A stretch of 64,000 nucleotides of DNA, taken from positions 76,198,001 to 76,262,000 of the forward strand of contig JANJGN010000001.1 in NCBI GenBank assembly GCA_026770705.1, in the 5' to 3' direction. The first letter of the stretch is position 1. Every line of letters starts with the position of its first letter. Source of the stretch: Isurus oxyrinchus. Taxonomy: Eukaryota. The notes beneath the pieces were generated by a model, which worked only from the letters and a program-made list of their open reading frames with translations, had not been told where the DNA came from and made no database searches. Below, piece by piece: positions 1 to 11,329 of the stretch. A program made the position numbers and the translations under genes.

Positions 1-232
1 TGTGACTCTAGCAGGGAAGAGAGTGCTGCTATGGGCTGTAACAGCTTCCAGCAATAACTATTTACAGTTCAGGTCTCTCAGGAGGCCTTCTTTGACAGCT
101 TGAGCATCATAGCCCAACAACCTCGGCTGGTGTTTCCGAGACCACGTTTTCGGGGCAGTTGCCCACTATGTCTCTCAGTGGATGATTTCACCATCTTCGG
201 GTGCAGTCACATTCACTCCTGCTGCCCTTTCA
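1..232 (-). mobile_element. Harbinger DNA transposon remnant: start of the Myb/SANT-like second gene (runs off the window)
   Basis: Minus-strand translation near 1-60 gives LLLEAVTAHSSTLFPA. This resembles the LLEAV..RR..LFP helix of Harbinger Myb/SANT proteins and the equivalent segment of the element at 36871-39786. Confidence 0.5.
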
Positions 233-329
233 CTCCAAGCTGAAAACCAGAAAGGGAGTTATAAAGGGTGAGGATAGAAAAGGAGGAAAAAGAAAGAGAG
301 AGACGCTAGTAGTGGAGGAAGGACTTATT

Positions 330-1080
330 TCCAGATCAGAACCCATTGGAGACATGTTTAAATTTGTACAAGCTCCTCCGAAGTTTGAGGAAAGAGATGT
401 AGAAGCATTCTTTATTTCATTTGAAAAGATAGCTCGACAAATGAAGTGGCAAAAAGAAATCTGGACATTACTTTTATAGTCTAGGTTGGTAGGTAAAGCT
501 CATCAGGTTTATGCTTCACTTTTAGAAAAGGTATCGGTGGATTACGATGCAGTAAAAAATGCTAATCTGAGTGCATGTGAATTAGTCCCCGAGGCATACA
601 GGCAGAAATCTTAGAATATAAGAAAACAGCCTGGGCAGACCTATATTGAATTTGAAAAGGTAAAGCAAAGGAATTTTGACCATTGGATAAGGACATTAAA
701 GGGTGGAGACAAAGTATGAAGTTCTTAAGGACATAATTCTCTTGGAAGAAATTAAAGATTCACTTCATCTTGCAGTTAGAACCCATGTTGAAGACCAGAA
801 GGTTAAAACAGCTAGACTGGCAGCAGACATGGCTGATGATTATGAATTGGTCCACAGATCTAAACCCTTTTTCTCTCATCCCCATCAATTTGAGAAGGAT
901 AGTAGATGGGAAGGTGAAAGGAAGGCAAGTAATCAGGGGAGAAGGGACAGTTGGGAATTCTCAGGAAATTTCTCCTCAGACCATAAGGAAGGTGCTGAGG
1001 GTGGAAATGACATTGAACGCCTAAGTTTTCATTATAACAAGGTAGGACATGTTAGGGCAGATTGCTGGAAATTAAAGTAG
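330..1080 (+). pseudogene. Gypsy/Ty3 LTR-retrotransposon gag (SCAN-like capsid plus decayed zinc knuckle), disrupted
   Basis: PPKFEERDVEAFFISFEKIARQMKW...ELVPEAYRQK...LKDIILLEEIKDSL...ADMADDYELVH; knuckle remnant FHYNKVGHVRADCWKLK; in-frame stops at 477-479 and near 612. Confidence 0.9.
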
Positions 1081-1269
1081 ACCTATTGCAGTAGTAAGAA
1101 CTCCTAGGGAATCCTCAGGAAAAGTTGTGTCAGCAAAGCAAATGGTTGTTAAAACTGTAGCAGTAGTACAGATGAAACATGTTCCCTCAGAACATACAGA
1201 AAAGGGGGATATGGTTCACAGTAATCTTTGATTACTGGTGAAGGAAGTCAGGCTAACAGAGGGTCTGGC

Positions 1270-1575
1270 TGTTTTGTGTCAAGGGGAGAAGTGTTCCTTT
1301 GCTCCTCCAACAAAATAAGTAAGCAGATTAAAATTTTGAGAGATACAGGGGTGAACCAATCATTGATGGTGGCTGATGATACAATTTGTGTTCTGGATAG
1401 TTTTATGAAGGAACAAGTATTAATAAGAGGTAATAATGGAATTTATGAACATGTTTCTTTGTGTAAAGTTAACTTACAAAGTCACTTTGTACATGGAATT
1501 TTTATGTGGGAACAAGTTCTAAATCACCTATTGAAGAGGCGGATTTTATTCTGGGTAATGATTTGGCTAGTGGAG
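1270..1575 (+). pseudogene. Gypsy aspartic protease, one frameshift near 1504
   Basis: IKILRDTGVNQS active-site motif, then VSLCKVNLQSHFVHG and, after the frameshift, the C-terminal FILGNDLASG motif. Confidence 0.88.
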
Positions 1576-1586
1576 ACAGTAATGTG

Positions 1587-2065
1587 GTAACGACTGTATT
1601 GCAGCAGGCAGTTGATCATGTTGATCTTAACAAACTTCAGGAAGCTACTGTGGCCAAAAATGAAACACTTATTGCAGATAACAAGCAATTGAAGGAAAAC
1701 CTGATTAAAGTAGAAAACCAACCAAGGAGTTTGCTAATGAAAGAAGAGATTTGGTGAGAACAATTGAGAACCTGTCACAGAAAATAGAACACTTGACTGA
1801 GGACTTAAAATGTCTAAATGAGAAACTTATAGAAGCAAACTTAACAAAGACCAATCTTCAGTTAAATCTTGATGAACTTCAAGCATCACCAGTTGCTATG
1901 ATATACCAGGGAAAATGCCTTGCAATAGAAAAGGAATTGTTGGTGAATCAGAATAGTTGGTTGAATGCAGAATTAAAAACCAAGACTAACGAACTGTTAG
2001 AACTTCGTTGAGAAACGAGCAATAAGATTCTCGAACTTTGAAGCAAACTGAACGAAAGGGAAAAT
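1587..2065 (+). pseudogene. TPR: Captured intron-less N-terminal fragment of nucleoporin TPR, fused in frame to the protease
   Basis: VTTVLQQAVDHVDLNKL matches TPR MAAVLQQVLERTELNKL. After a frameshift near 1720, [56 protein letters not shown]...[36 protein letters not shown] matches recalled human TPR [57 protein letters not shown]...[37 protein letters not shown]. Confidence 0.9.
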
Positions 2066-2638
2066 ATGTGTGATATGGAGTTTCACAGTTCCAAAATTGT
2101 TCCTGTGAATAAAAACTCTTTGCTGAATTGTGGTCCAGTCGAGCAAAGAACTGACCCAAGTAAAATTATTGATGTATCAACCTTAGTAATGGACAATATG
2201 AAAACAGCTAAAGTGTCTGCAGAATTGTAAATCAAGAATTGCCAACAAAAAGGACTGAAATTGCAAAATGTTCTGGAAAATTCACTGACCAGAGAGACAG
2301 ATTTCCAAGTGCTTGCTGATAATAATATACAAAATACAGCAGTTGGAATCCGAGGCAAGTGGACAGTTTGCAAAAGACCATTCAAAACCTGGAATGGAGT
2401 GGAATGATATAGTTCGTGGATTATGTATAAGAATTGAAATTAAAGAGAAGACAGAAATATGGGTCAGTGCTACCAAAGAAAGGACATGCAGGAAGAAAAA
2501 GAGAAATCATTGACATTCCTCGGAAAGAAAAGCAAAAAGATTTCTTTTTGCCTTTTCTTCTTTCTCCTGACACATCATGTAGCTCATCGTTGTCTTGTTT
2601 TTTTTTGCTTGTTGTCCTTTATCTGTTTCAGCTTGGAG

Positions 2639-2888
2639 CAATAGCTAGACAAATGGCAGCCTCTGCAATGGCTGCCACGCTCCCTTTAAATTGGGTCCAC
2701 TCCTGACCTGGTCTCACCTCCCTCCTGTGTCCACCAATGCTAATTGGGCAGTGAATGGGAATTCATGGCCAATTAGCAGATTTGCATCCAGAAATCGCAT
2801 TGGATGCGTGTTCTCCCATTAGTGTGGGACCGGGTCCTGGAAGTCTTTGTGATTCCAGGTTCCTGACCCAGGAACTGAAATCTAGCCC
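2639..2888. mobile_element. Harbinger right terminus
   Basis: Ends GAAATCTAGCCC followed by TTA; same TIR type as the GGGCTGGATTTT...AAAACCAGCCC ends of the element at 36871-39786. Confidence 0.55.
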
Positions 2889-4004
2889 TTATAAACTTGA
2901 CAGTTATGCTGCTTTATGTATGTAGTTGGTGCTGAAAATGGATGCAAAAATAATGTTGTAAATATCCCTTCAGCTCTTTACTTGTGAGTTTTATTCAGCA
3001 TGGCTCTTTTATCAGGTAAAAGATAAATGATAGGTTCAGTGTGCTACGGCTATCTGGATAAAGCTATTAAGATGTATTCTCCAGTTCACTTTCAAATGTT
3101 TTGGCAAGGCAATTGCTTAGGGACCTTGTTCCACGATAAGATGAACACTGACAATCATAGTGAGAGAATTATGCTGCTGCAAGTAGGAAAATATTGCACA
3201 TCACGGAGTCATCCAGGGAGTTGCAGGCACAGAGAGAGCTCAAGAAAAATAATCAACTACACGCTTTTGAGTGCAGGAGGCCTTGAAGGTGGTCAGACAC
3301 AAAGGACAATTTTATTCAGTTTCAAATGGTATTGTGAAATAAGTTTTTAATGCCTGTTTTATATTACTAATCCTAATTTAGATCTTTAATTGGTACACTG
3401 GGAAGGAATAAATAGCACCTGAAAATATTTCCATGTATAAAGCCTTGATTTGCCTTCTTTATTAGATTCCATGATTTACGTTTCCAAACCAGTTCCTTTC
3501 ATAGGTCCGTTTTAGTGTAAGGCAATACCTAGTGCTATCCTTACTTTAATTTATGTTCACTCCCTCTTGTGAAATAGGCCACAAGACTTCCTGATCAGTG
3601 GCATTTATTTTTCTATCACTTCTTGAAACTGATACTTGAACACTGTGAATGTTGTCTACTGAGCACACTTACACTTGGTGCATGCGCATAAACTAACACC
3701 AAATGGAGTATAAATGATGCGCAGTAATAAAAATGTCATAAATGATGTATGCAAGCATGGTTTGAAGGCTGTAATAAAATTTTGGGGTTCAGATGGCTGT
3801 TATTCAGTGCATGAGTTTTGCTCTAGAGGTTTGCAATGTCATCCAACTGTTTCCTTTATTACATGTTGTATCTTGGCTCTATGTAAAGCTTATGTTGTTA
3901 AAACCACATCACTTAAGATACAAACAGACCTGAATGATTTGCCACAAGATCATGTACTGAGAGTTTTCTAAAAATAAACAAGATAGCTCTAATAAGTGAA
4001 GGAA

Positions 4005-4440
4005 AAGAAAGACACGCATTCATATAACATTCTTCACGATCTCAAATTGCTTTACAGTCAATGAAATACTTTTGAAGTGTTGTCATTGTTTTAGCGCAGG
4101 CAAAACAGCAGCAATTTGTGAACAGCAAGCTCCCATAAACAGCATTGTGATAATGACCAGATAATCCATTATGATGATGTTGACTTAGAGATGACTAGGC
4201 CACTGGAAATAACTCATCTGCTCTTCTTCAGACTAATGTCATGGAATCTTTTATGTCTACCTGAGAGGCAAATGGGATCTTAGTTTAACATCACATCTGA
4301 AAGATTACACCGCTAATCATGCAGCACTTCCTCTACTGCACTGGAGTGTCAGCCTAGATTTTTGTGCTCAGGTCCTGGAATGGGACATGAACGCACGACC
4401 TTCTGACTCAAAGTTGAGAGTGCTACCAACTGAGCCACAC
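4005..4440 (-). mobile_element. tRNA-derived SINE, DeuSINE/SacSINE1-like, near full length
   Basis: On the minus strand, A box TGGCTCAGTTGGTAGC and B-box-like GTTCATGTCCC. Central and tail sequence resembles the recalled Deu-domain SINE. Tail fragments recur near 24400-24475, 41015-41120 and 63880-64000. Confidence 0.75.
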
Positions 4441-5480
4441 TGATGTTCTATATTTGTGTACGCTCATGTGGTTAAGTTTCATATCTTGCCTTTTATCAAC
4501 TTTTGAATGTAAGGGATTAAATAAATGGAAATTGTTAACCCCCATAAAGGATCCTTTCATCAATTTACAGTCACAAATGCACTTTGTTTGATAGTTGATA
4601 GTCATAGTTGTTTGATAGCAAGTGGCATTGAGACCCCTGAATGATTTTCCTATCCTCCCCATAGCTTGGAAATTCTGATGTGAATTATAGGCCTCACCAT
4701 TTCCCACCTAAGGTCTGTTAACTTAGAGCAAGGTGATAATCATTACTAGGTCCAGCTTGATTTGTTTGACTTGGTACCAAAGTACATGGCACATTTGCTC
4801 ACTGAGTTATTGAGGGAAACCAGTAATTGCATTCTGTTTTGGCAACTTAAAAGAAAATGAACTTTAAGAAATTGGAAGAAGTAAAGAAATAGTACTGGAG
4901 AAATGAGTGGAACTAAGTGGTGACAAAAAACCTGAACCTGATGAACTACATCCTAGGGTTTTAAAAGAGGTAACTTCAGAGATAGTGCTTGTATTAGCTT
5001 TGAGCTTCATGAATTCCTTAGATTCTAGAACAGTTCTCAAGAACTGGAAGGTAGTAATCATAACTCTTCTATTTAAGAAAGGAAGAACAGGGAAAAGAGG
5101 AGGAACGATAGGCTAGTTAGCCTGACATCATGTGGAGAAAACTTGCTTGAATCTAATGTTAATGGGGTGCTTAGAAAATCATCATGTTTTTAAGCAGAGT
5201 CAACATGGGTTTATGAAAAGGAAATTGTGCTTGAGGATTAAACTAGTGTTTCTGATGTATTCAGACTATCAAAAAGCATTCAAAAAGGTACTGCACAAGA
5301 GGTGATTACACAAAGGTAGAACTCTCAGGATTGGGGAGGTAATCTACTTGCAAGGATTGAGGATTGGCTAATGGACAGAGGACAGAAATAAACATGGTAC
5401 TTTCAGGTTGGCAGGCCATAAGATATAGGGGTACTGCTAGGATCAATGCTTGGGCTGAACTATACACAATCTACATTAAT

Positions 5481-7840
5481 CACAGAATCACAGTGCAGAA
5501 GAGGCCCTTCAGCCCATCGAGTCTGCACTGACACATGAGAAACACCTGACCTACCTATCTAATCCCATTTACCAGCACTTGGCCCATAGCCTTGAATATT
5601 ATGGTGTGCCAAGTGCTCATCCAGGTACTTTTTAAAGGATGTGAGGCAACCCGCCTTCACCACCCTACCAGGCAGTGCATTCCAGATCGTCACCACCCTC
5701 TGGGTAAATAAGTTTTTCCTCACATCCCCCCTAAACCTCCTACCTCTCACCTTGAACTTATGCCTCCTTGTGACTGACCCTTCAACTAAGGGGAACAGCT
5801 GCTCCCTATCCACCCTGTCCATGCCCCTCATAATCTTGTACACCTCGATCAGGTTACCCCTCAATCTTCTCTGCTTCAATGAAAACAACCCAAGTCTATC
5901 CAACTTCTCTTCATAACTTAAATGTTTCATTAGGCAACAGCCTGATGAATCTCCTCTGCACCCCCTCCAGTGCAATCACATCCTTCCTATAATGTGGCGA
6001 CCAGAGCTGCACACAGTACTCCAGCTGTGGCCTCACCAAGGTTCTATACAACTCCAACATGACCTCCCTACTTTTGTAATCTATTCCTCGATTGATAAAG
6101 GCAAGTGTCCCATATGCCTTTTTCACCACCCCACTAACGTGCCCCTCTGCCTTCAGAGGTCTATGGACACGTGTCAAGGTCCCTTTGTTCCTCAGAACTT
6201 CCTAGTGCCATGCCGTTCATTGAATACTTCCTGGTCAAATTACTCCTTCCAAAGTGTATCACCTCACACTTCTCAGGGTTAAATTCCATCTGCCACTTAT
6301 CTGCCCATTTGACCATCCCGTCCATATCTTCCTGTAGCCCAAGACACTCAACTTCACTGTTAACCACCTGGCCAATCTTTGTGTCATCTGCAAACTTACT
6401 AATCCTACCCCCCACATAGTCTATGTCGTTTATATAAATGACAAATAATAGGGAACCGAGCATAGATCCCTGTGGTATGACACTGGCTTCCAGTCACTAA
6501 AGCAGCCTTCTGTCATCACCCTCTGCCTCCTACAACTAAGCCAATTTCGTATCCACCTTATCAAATTACCCTGTATCCCATGTGCATTTACCTTCTTTAT
6601 AAGTCTCCCATGTAGTACCTTGTCAAAGGCTTTGCTGAAATCCATATAAACTACATCAACTGCACTACCCTCATCTACACACCTGGTCACCTCCTCAAAA
6701 AATTCAATCAAATTTGTTAGGCATGACCTCCCTCTGATAAAGCCATGCTGATTATCCCTGATCAAACTTTGCCTCTCCAAGTGGAGATAGATTCTCTCCT
6801 TCAGAATTTTCTCCAATAGTTTCCCTAACATTGACATGAGACTCACTGGTTTGTAGTTCCCTGGCTTATCTCTACAACCCTTCTTAAATAGCGGAACCAC
6901 AGCTGTTCTCCAGTCCTCTGGCACCTCCCCCATGGCCAGAGAGGAATTAACGATTTGGGTTGGAGCCCCTGCGATCTCCTCCCTTGCCTCTGTCAGCAGT
7001 CTGGGACGCAAATCATCCAAACCCGGGGATTTGTCCACTTTTAAGTGTGCCAACACCTCCAGTACCTTGTCATTCCCTATATCAATTTGCTTAAGAACCT
7101 CGCAGTCTCTCTCCCCAAGTTCGATACCTTCATCCTCATTCTCTTGTGTGAATACGGACGTGAAGTATTCATTCACCACTCTAGCGATGTTCTCTGGATC
7201 CACCCATAGATTGCCTCCTTGGTCCCTTACGGGCCCTACTCTTTCCCTGGTTATCCTCTTTGCATTAATATACTTAAAGAATATCTTGGGATTTTCCCTA
7301 CTTTTACCAGCCAGAGCTTTCTCATATCCCCTCTTTGCTCTCCTAATTGCTTTCTTAAGCTCCACCTTGCACTGTCTGTACTCCACTAATGCCTCTGCTG
7401 ATTTGCTTCCCTTGTACCTGCTAAAAGCCTCGCTTTTCCTTCTCATCGTAACCTGAATATCTCTGGTCATCCATGATTCTCTGGGCTTGTTCTTCCTTCC
7501 TATCGCCCTTGAGGGAACATGTTGAGCCTGTACCCTCCCCATTTTGAACACCCCCCACTGTTCTTCTGTAGATTTCCCCACAAGTAATTGTTCCCAGTCT
7601 ACCTTGGCCAGATCCTGCCTTATTTTACTAAAATCCACTCTCCCCCAATCCAAAAAATTTTTTTGCAACTTGTCAATTTCTTTGTCCATAACAAACTTAA
7701 ACTGTACAATGTTGTGGTCACTGTCGCTAAAATGCTTGCCCACCACCTCAGCCACCCGTCTGGCTTCATTCCCCAGAGTTAGGTCCAGCAAAGCACCGTC
7801 CCTTGTTTGACTCTCTACATATTGACCTAAAAAGTTCTCT
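5481..7840 (-). mobile_element. Younger 5'-truncated CR1 LINE (ORF2 reverse transcriptase)
   Basis: 453-aa ORF with PLFKKG, QHGFIRGRSCLTNL and YMDFSKAFDKV; then FADDTK and LVRPQLEYCVQLWSP; repeat tail at 5481; TTAAT duplicated at 5476-5480 and 7841-7845. Confidence 0.95.
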
Positions 7841-8140
7841 TTAATGACTTCGATGTATCAAAATTATGGGGGAAAGTAAGTGGTGAGGAGACTGAGTGGG
7901 TGATCAGGCAAGATGGAAAGCAATGTGACATAGTGTTAAGGTATCCAGTTTTGGACAGAATTTTTTTTTTTTTAAAAATCAACACTTTTTGAATAATATG
8001 GGACTGGGAATTGTGTGCATTCAGAATGATCTTGGTGTTCTTGTACCTGAATCATGGAAAATCAACATGCAGGTACAGAAAACCATTAGGGACGCAAATG
8101 GAATCTTGACTTTTGTTATAAAGAGCACAAGGATAAAGAA

Positions 8141-8835
8141 ACAAAAACAAAAATACCTGGAAAAACTCAGCAGATCTGACAGCATCTGGAGAGAGGAATA
8201 CAGTTAACGTTTTGAGTCCATATGACATTTCATCAGAACTAAGAAATATAGAAATGAGGTGCAATATAAGCTGGTTGTAGGGGGGTGGGACAGGTAGAGC
8301 TGGATAGAGGGCCAGTGATAGGTGGAGGCAAAGAAGAGATTGCCAAAGACCAAAGGACAAATGGGTGTTGACGGTGGATGATATTAGCTGAGGAATGTGC
8401 TAATGATGACATTATGGGTAGAAAGCAGAACGAAAAAGTGACAGCCCTAGTGGGGGTGGAATGGGGGGAAGTGATCGAAATAGGCTAAAAGGTAGAGATA
8501 AAACAATGGATGGAAATACATTTAAAAATAATGGAAAAAGGTGGGAAAAGAAAAATATATATAATATATATAATTATAAAATATTGGAAAAAGGGGGATT
8601 GGAAAAAGGGTGGGGATGGAGGAGAGAGTTCATGATCTAAAGTTGCTTAACTCAATATTAAGTCCAGAAGGCTGTAAAATGCCTAGTTGGAATATGAGGT
8701 GCTATTCCTCCAGTGTGTGTTGAGCTTCACTGGAACATTGCAGCAAGCCAACAATGGCATGTGGGCATGAGAGCAGAGTGGTGTGCTGAAATGGCAAGCG
8801 ACAGGGAGGTCTGGGTCATGCTTGCGGACAGACCG
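8141..8835 (-). mobile_element. Penelope-like element 3' end (GIY-YIG tail plus pLTR with canonical hammerhead CTGATGA)
   Basis: 12-bp TSD AAGGATAAAGAA at 8129-8140 and 8836-8847; sequence matches the Penelope copy at 33998-35409. Confidence 0.9.
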
Positions 8836-9164
8836 AAGGATAAAGAAGCCTTGCTAGAATTATACAGAGAATTGCTAAGGCCACACCTGGAGCACTGCAT
8901 GCAGTTTTAATCTCCTTTCCTAAGGAAGGATATATTTGCTGTGGAGGGAGTGCAATGAAAGTTCATTAGACTGAATCCTGGGATGAGAAATTCACCTGGG
9001 ATGAGGGGATTGACACATGAGGAAAGATTAAGTAGGCTAAGTTTACAATCCCTGGAGTTCAGAAGAATGAGAGGTAATCAAGTTGAAACATATAAAGTTC
9101 TTAAGGGGCTTGACAGGGTCGATGTTGAGAAATTGTTTCCCTGGCTGTAGAATCTAGAGATCCC

Positions 9165-11320
9165 ATATGCTTTACTAACTACTCACTCAATATGTGCTGC
9201 TACCTGCAAAGATCTGTGCACATGAATCCCCAGATTGCTCTTTTGCTGCACATTCTTTAAAATTGTGCTATTAAGTATATACTGCTTATCTCTATCCCTT
9301 CTGCCAGAATGCATCATTTCATACTTCTCAATATTAAGTTCCATCTGCCAATTATCTTCCCATTGTGCTAGACAATCTTTGTCCTGTTGCAGTTGCTTGA
9401 TATCACCCTCTTTGTCTGCCAAAGACTCTTGGGCAACACCACTGCCTATCATCCTTCAGTGTCAATTTTTAAAATATTTTTTCACAGGACATGGGTGTCA
9501 TTGGCAAAGCCAGCATTTGTTCCATGCCCTTAATTGCCCTTGAGAAGGTGGTGATGAGCTACCGCCTTGAATTTCTGCAGTCCCTCTGGTGTAAGTACAC
9601 ATGAAGTGCTGTTAAGAAGGGAATTCCAAGATTTTGATCCAGGGGACAGTGGAAAAAGTCAGGATGATGTGGAGCTTGGAAGGGACCTTGCAGGTAATGG
9701 TGTTGCCATTTGCTGCCCTTGTCCTCTAGGTCTAGGATTGCAGGTTTGCAAGGTGCAGTTGAAGGAGCCTTGGTGAATTGCTGCAGTGCATCTTGTATAT
9801 AGTACACACTTCTGCTACTGTGCACCGTGCTGGAAGGAGTGAGTGAATGTTTAAAATAGTGGATGGGGTGCCGATCAAGTGGGCTGCTTTGTTCTTGGAT
9901 GGTGTCAAGCTTGAGTGTTGTTGGAGCCGCAATCGTCTGGGCAAGTGGAGAGTATTCCTTCACACTCCTGACTTGTGCCTTGTAGATGTGGACAGCCTTT
10001 GGGGAGTTAGGAGATGAGTTACTCGCCTCAATTCCTGGCCTCCGACCAGCTCTTGTAACCACAGTATTTAAATGGCTGGTCCAGCTCAGTTTCTGATCAA
10101 TGGTGAGCCCCACTGTGTTGATAGTGGGGGAATTCATTGATAGTAATGCCACTGAATGTTAAGGGAGATGGTTAGATTCTCTCTAGTTGCAGATGGTCTT
10201 TGTTTGGCACTTGTGTGGCCTGACTATCACTTGCCACTTAGCAGCAGCCCAAGCCTGAGTGTTGCCTAGGCTTTGCTGCATATGAACACAGACAGGAGTT
10301 GCAAATGGTGCTGAACATTGCATAGTTATCAGCAAACAAGCCCACTTCTGACCTTATGATGGAGGGAAGGTCATTGAAGAAGCAGCTGAAGATCATTGGG
10401 CCATGGAACTCTTTGGGATTGAGATGATAGCCTCCAACAACCATAACCACCACCTTTTGTGCTAGGTATGACTCTAACCAGTGGAGAGCTTTCCCCCTGC
10501 TTCCCATTGACTTAATTTTGCCAGGGCTTCTTTTTCCACACACATCACATTAGATGTCAAGGGCAGTCACTCTCATCTCTCCCTTTGAGTTCAGCTCTTG
10601 TATCAATGTATGGACCAAGACTGTAATGAAGTCAGAAGCCAAGCTGCCCTGGTGGAACCCAAGCTAAGCATCAGAAAGCAGGTTATTGTTGTGTAAGTGC
10701 TGCTTGATAACACTGTCAACGACACCATCCAACACTTCGCTGATGATCGAAAGTAGGTGGGGTGGTAATTGGTCAGATTGGGTTTGTTTTGCTTTTTGTG
10801 GACAGGACGTAGCTGGGCAATTTTCCACATTGTCAGTTAGAAGCCAGTGTTGTAGCTGTACTGGAACAGCTTGGCTAGTGCATGGCTGATGCTGGAGCAC
10901 AAGTTTTCGATACTAGATACTATTGCTCGATGTTGCCAGGGCCCATAGCCTTTGCAGTATCCTGTGCCTTCAGCCATTTCTTGATATCATGTGGAGTGAA
11001 TCGAATTGGGTGAAGACTGGCATCTGTAATGCTGGGGACCTCAGGAGGAGGCTTAGACGGACCACCTGCTCGACACTTCTGGCTGAGATGGTTGCAAATG
11101 CTTCAACTTTGTCTTTTGCAGTGATGTGCTGGGCACCTCCATCATTGAGGATGGGGATATTTGTGGAACTACCTCCTCTGGTTAGTTGTTTGATTATCCA
11201 CCATCATTCATGACTGAATGGACAACGCTGCAGAACTTCGATCTGATCTGTTGGCTGTGGGATCGCTTAGCCCTGTCTTTACACACGCTGCTTCTGCTAA
11301 TTGGCATGCAAGTAGTCATG
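9165..11320 (-). mobile_element. CR1 fragments: short piece at 9165-9470 and a decayed second CR1-clade family at 9480-11320
   Basis: WKIAQLRPVHKKQ, FFNDLPSIIRSEVGLFADN and YKAQVRSVKEYSPLA motifs on the minus strand. Confidence 0.85.
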
Positions 11321-11329
11321 TTACCATGA

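Larger units (their letters stand above)
4865..9160 (+). mobile_element. Old CR1 LINE 3' half (RT region), interrupted by two younger insertions
   Basis: DKKPEPDELHPRVLKE, WKVVIITLLFKKG and later LLRPHLEHCMQF motifs; reads contiguously once 5481-7840 and 8141-8835 are removed. Confidence 0.85.

Noticed and set aside
703-1080. SCAN zinc-finger host gene
   Set aside because: Followed by a zinc knuckle and a retroviral-type protease, with no C2H2 array; it is gag.
1587-2065. A functional TPR gene or exon
   Set aside because: Intron-less, internally deleted, frameshifted, contains stops and is embedded in retroelement sequence inside an LRBA intron.
4380-4440. tRNA gene
   Set aside because: The A/B boxes belong to a SINE head; no intact cloverleaf.
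6932-7456. 174-aa + strand ORF and similar antisense ORFs over CR1 and Penelope copies
   Set aside because: Shadow frames opposite or overlapping retroelement ORFs, with no independent evidence.
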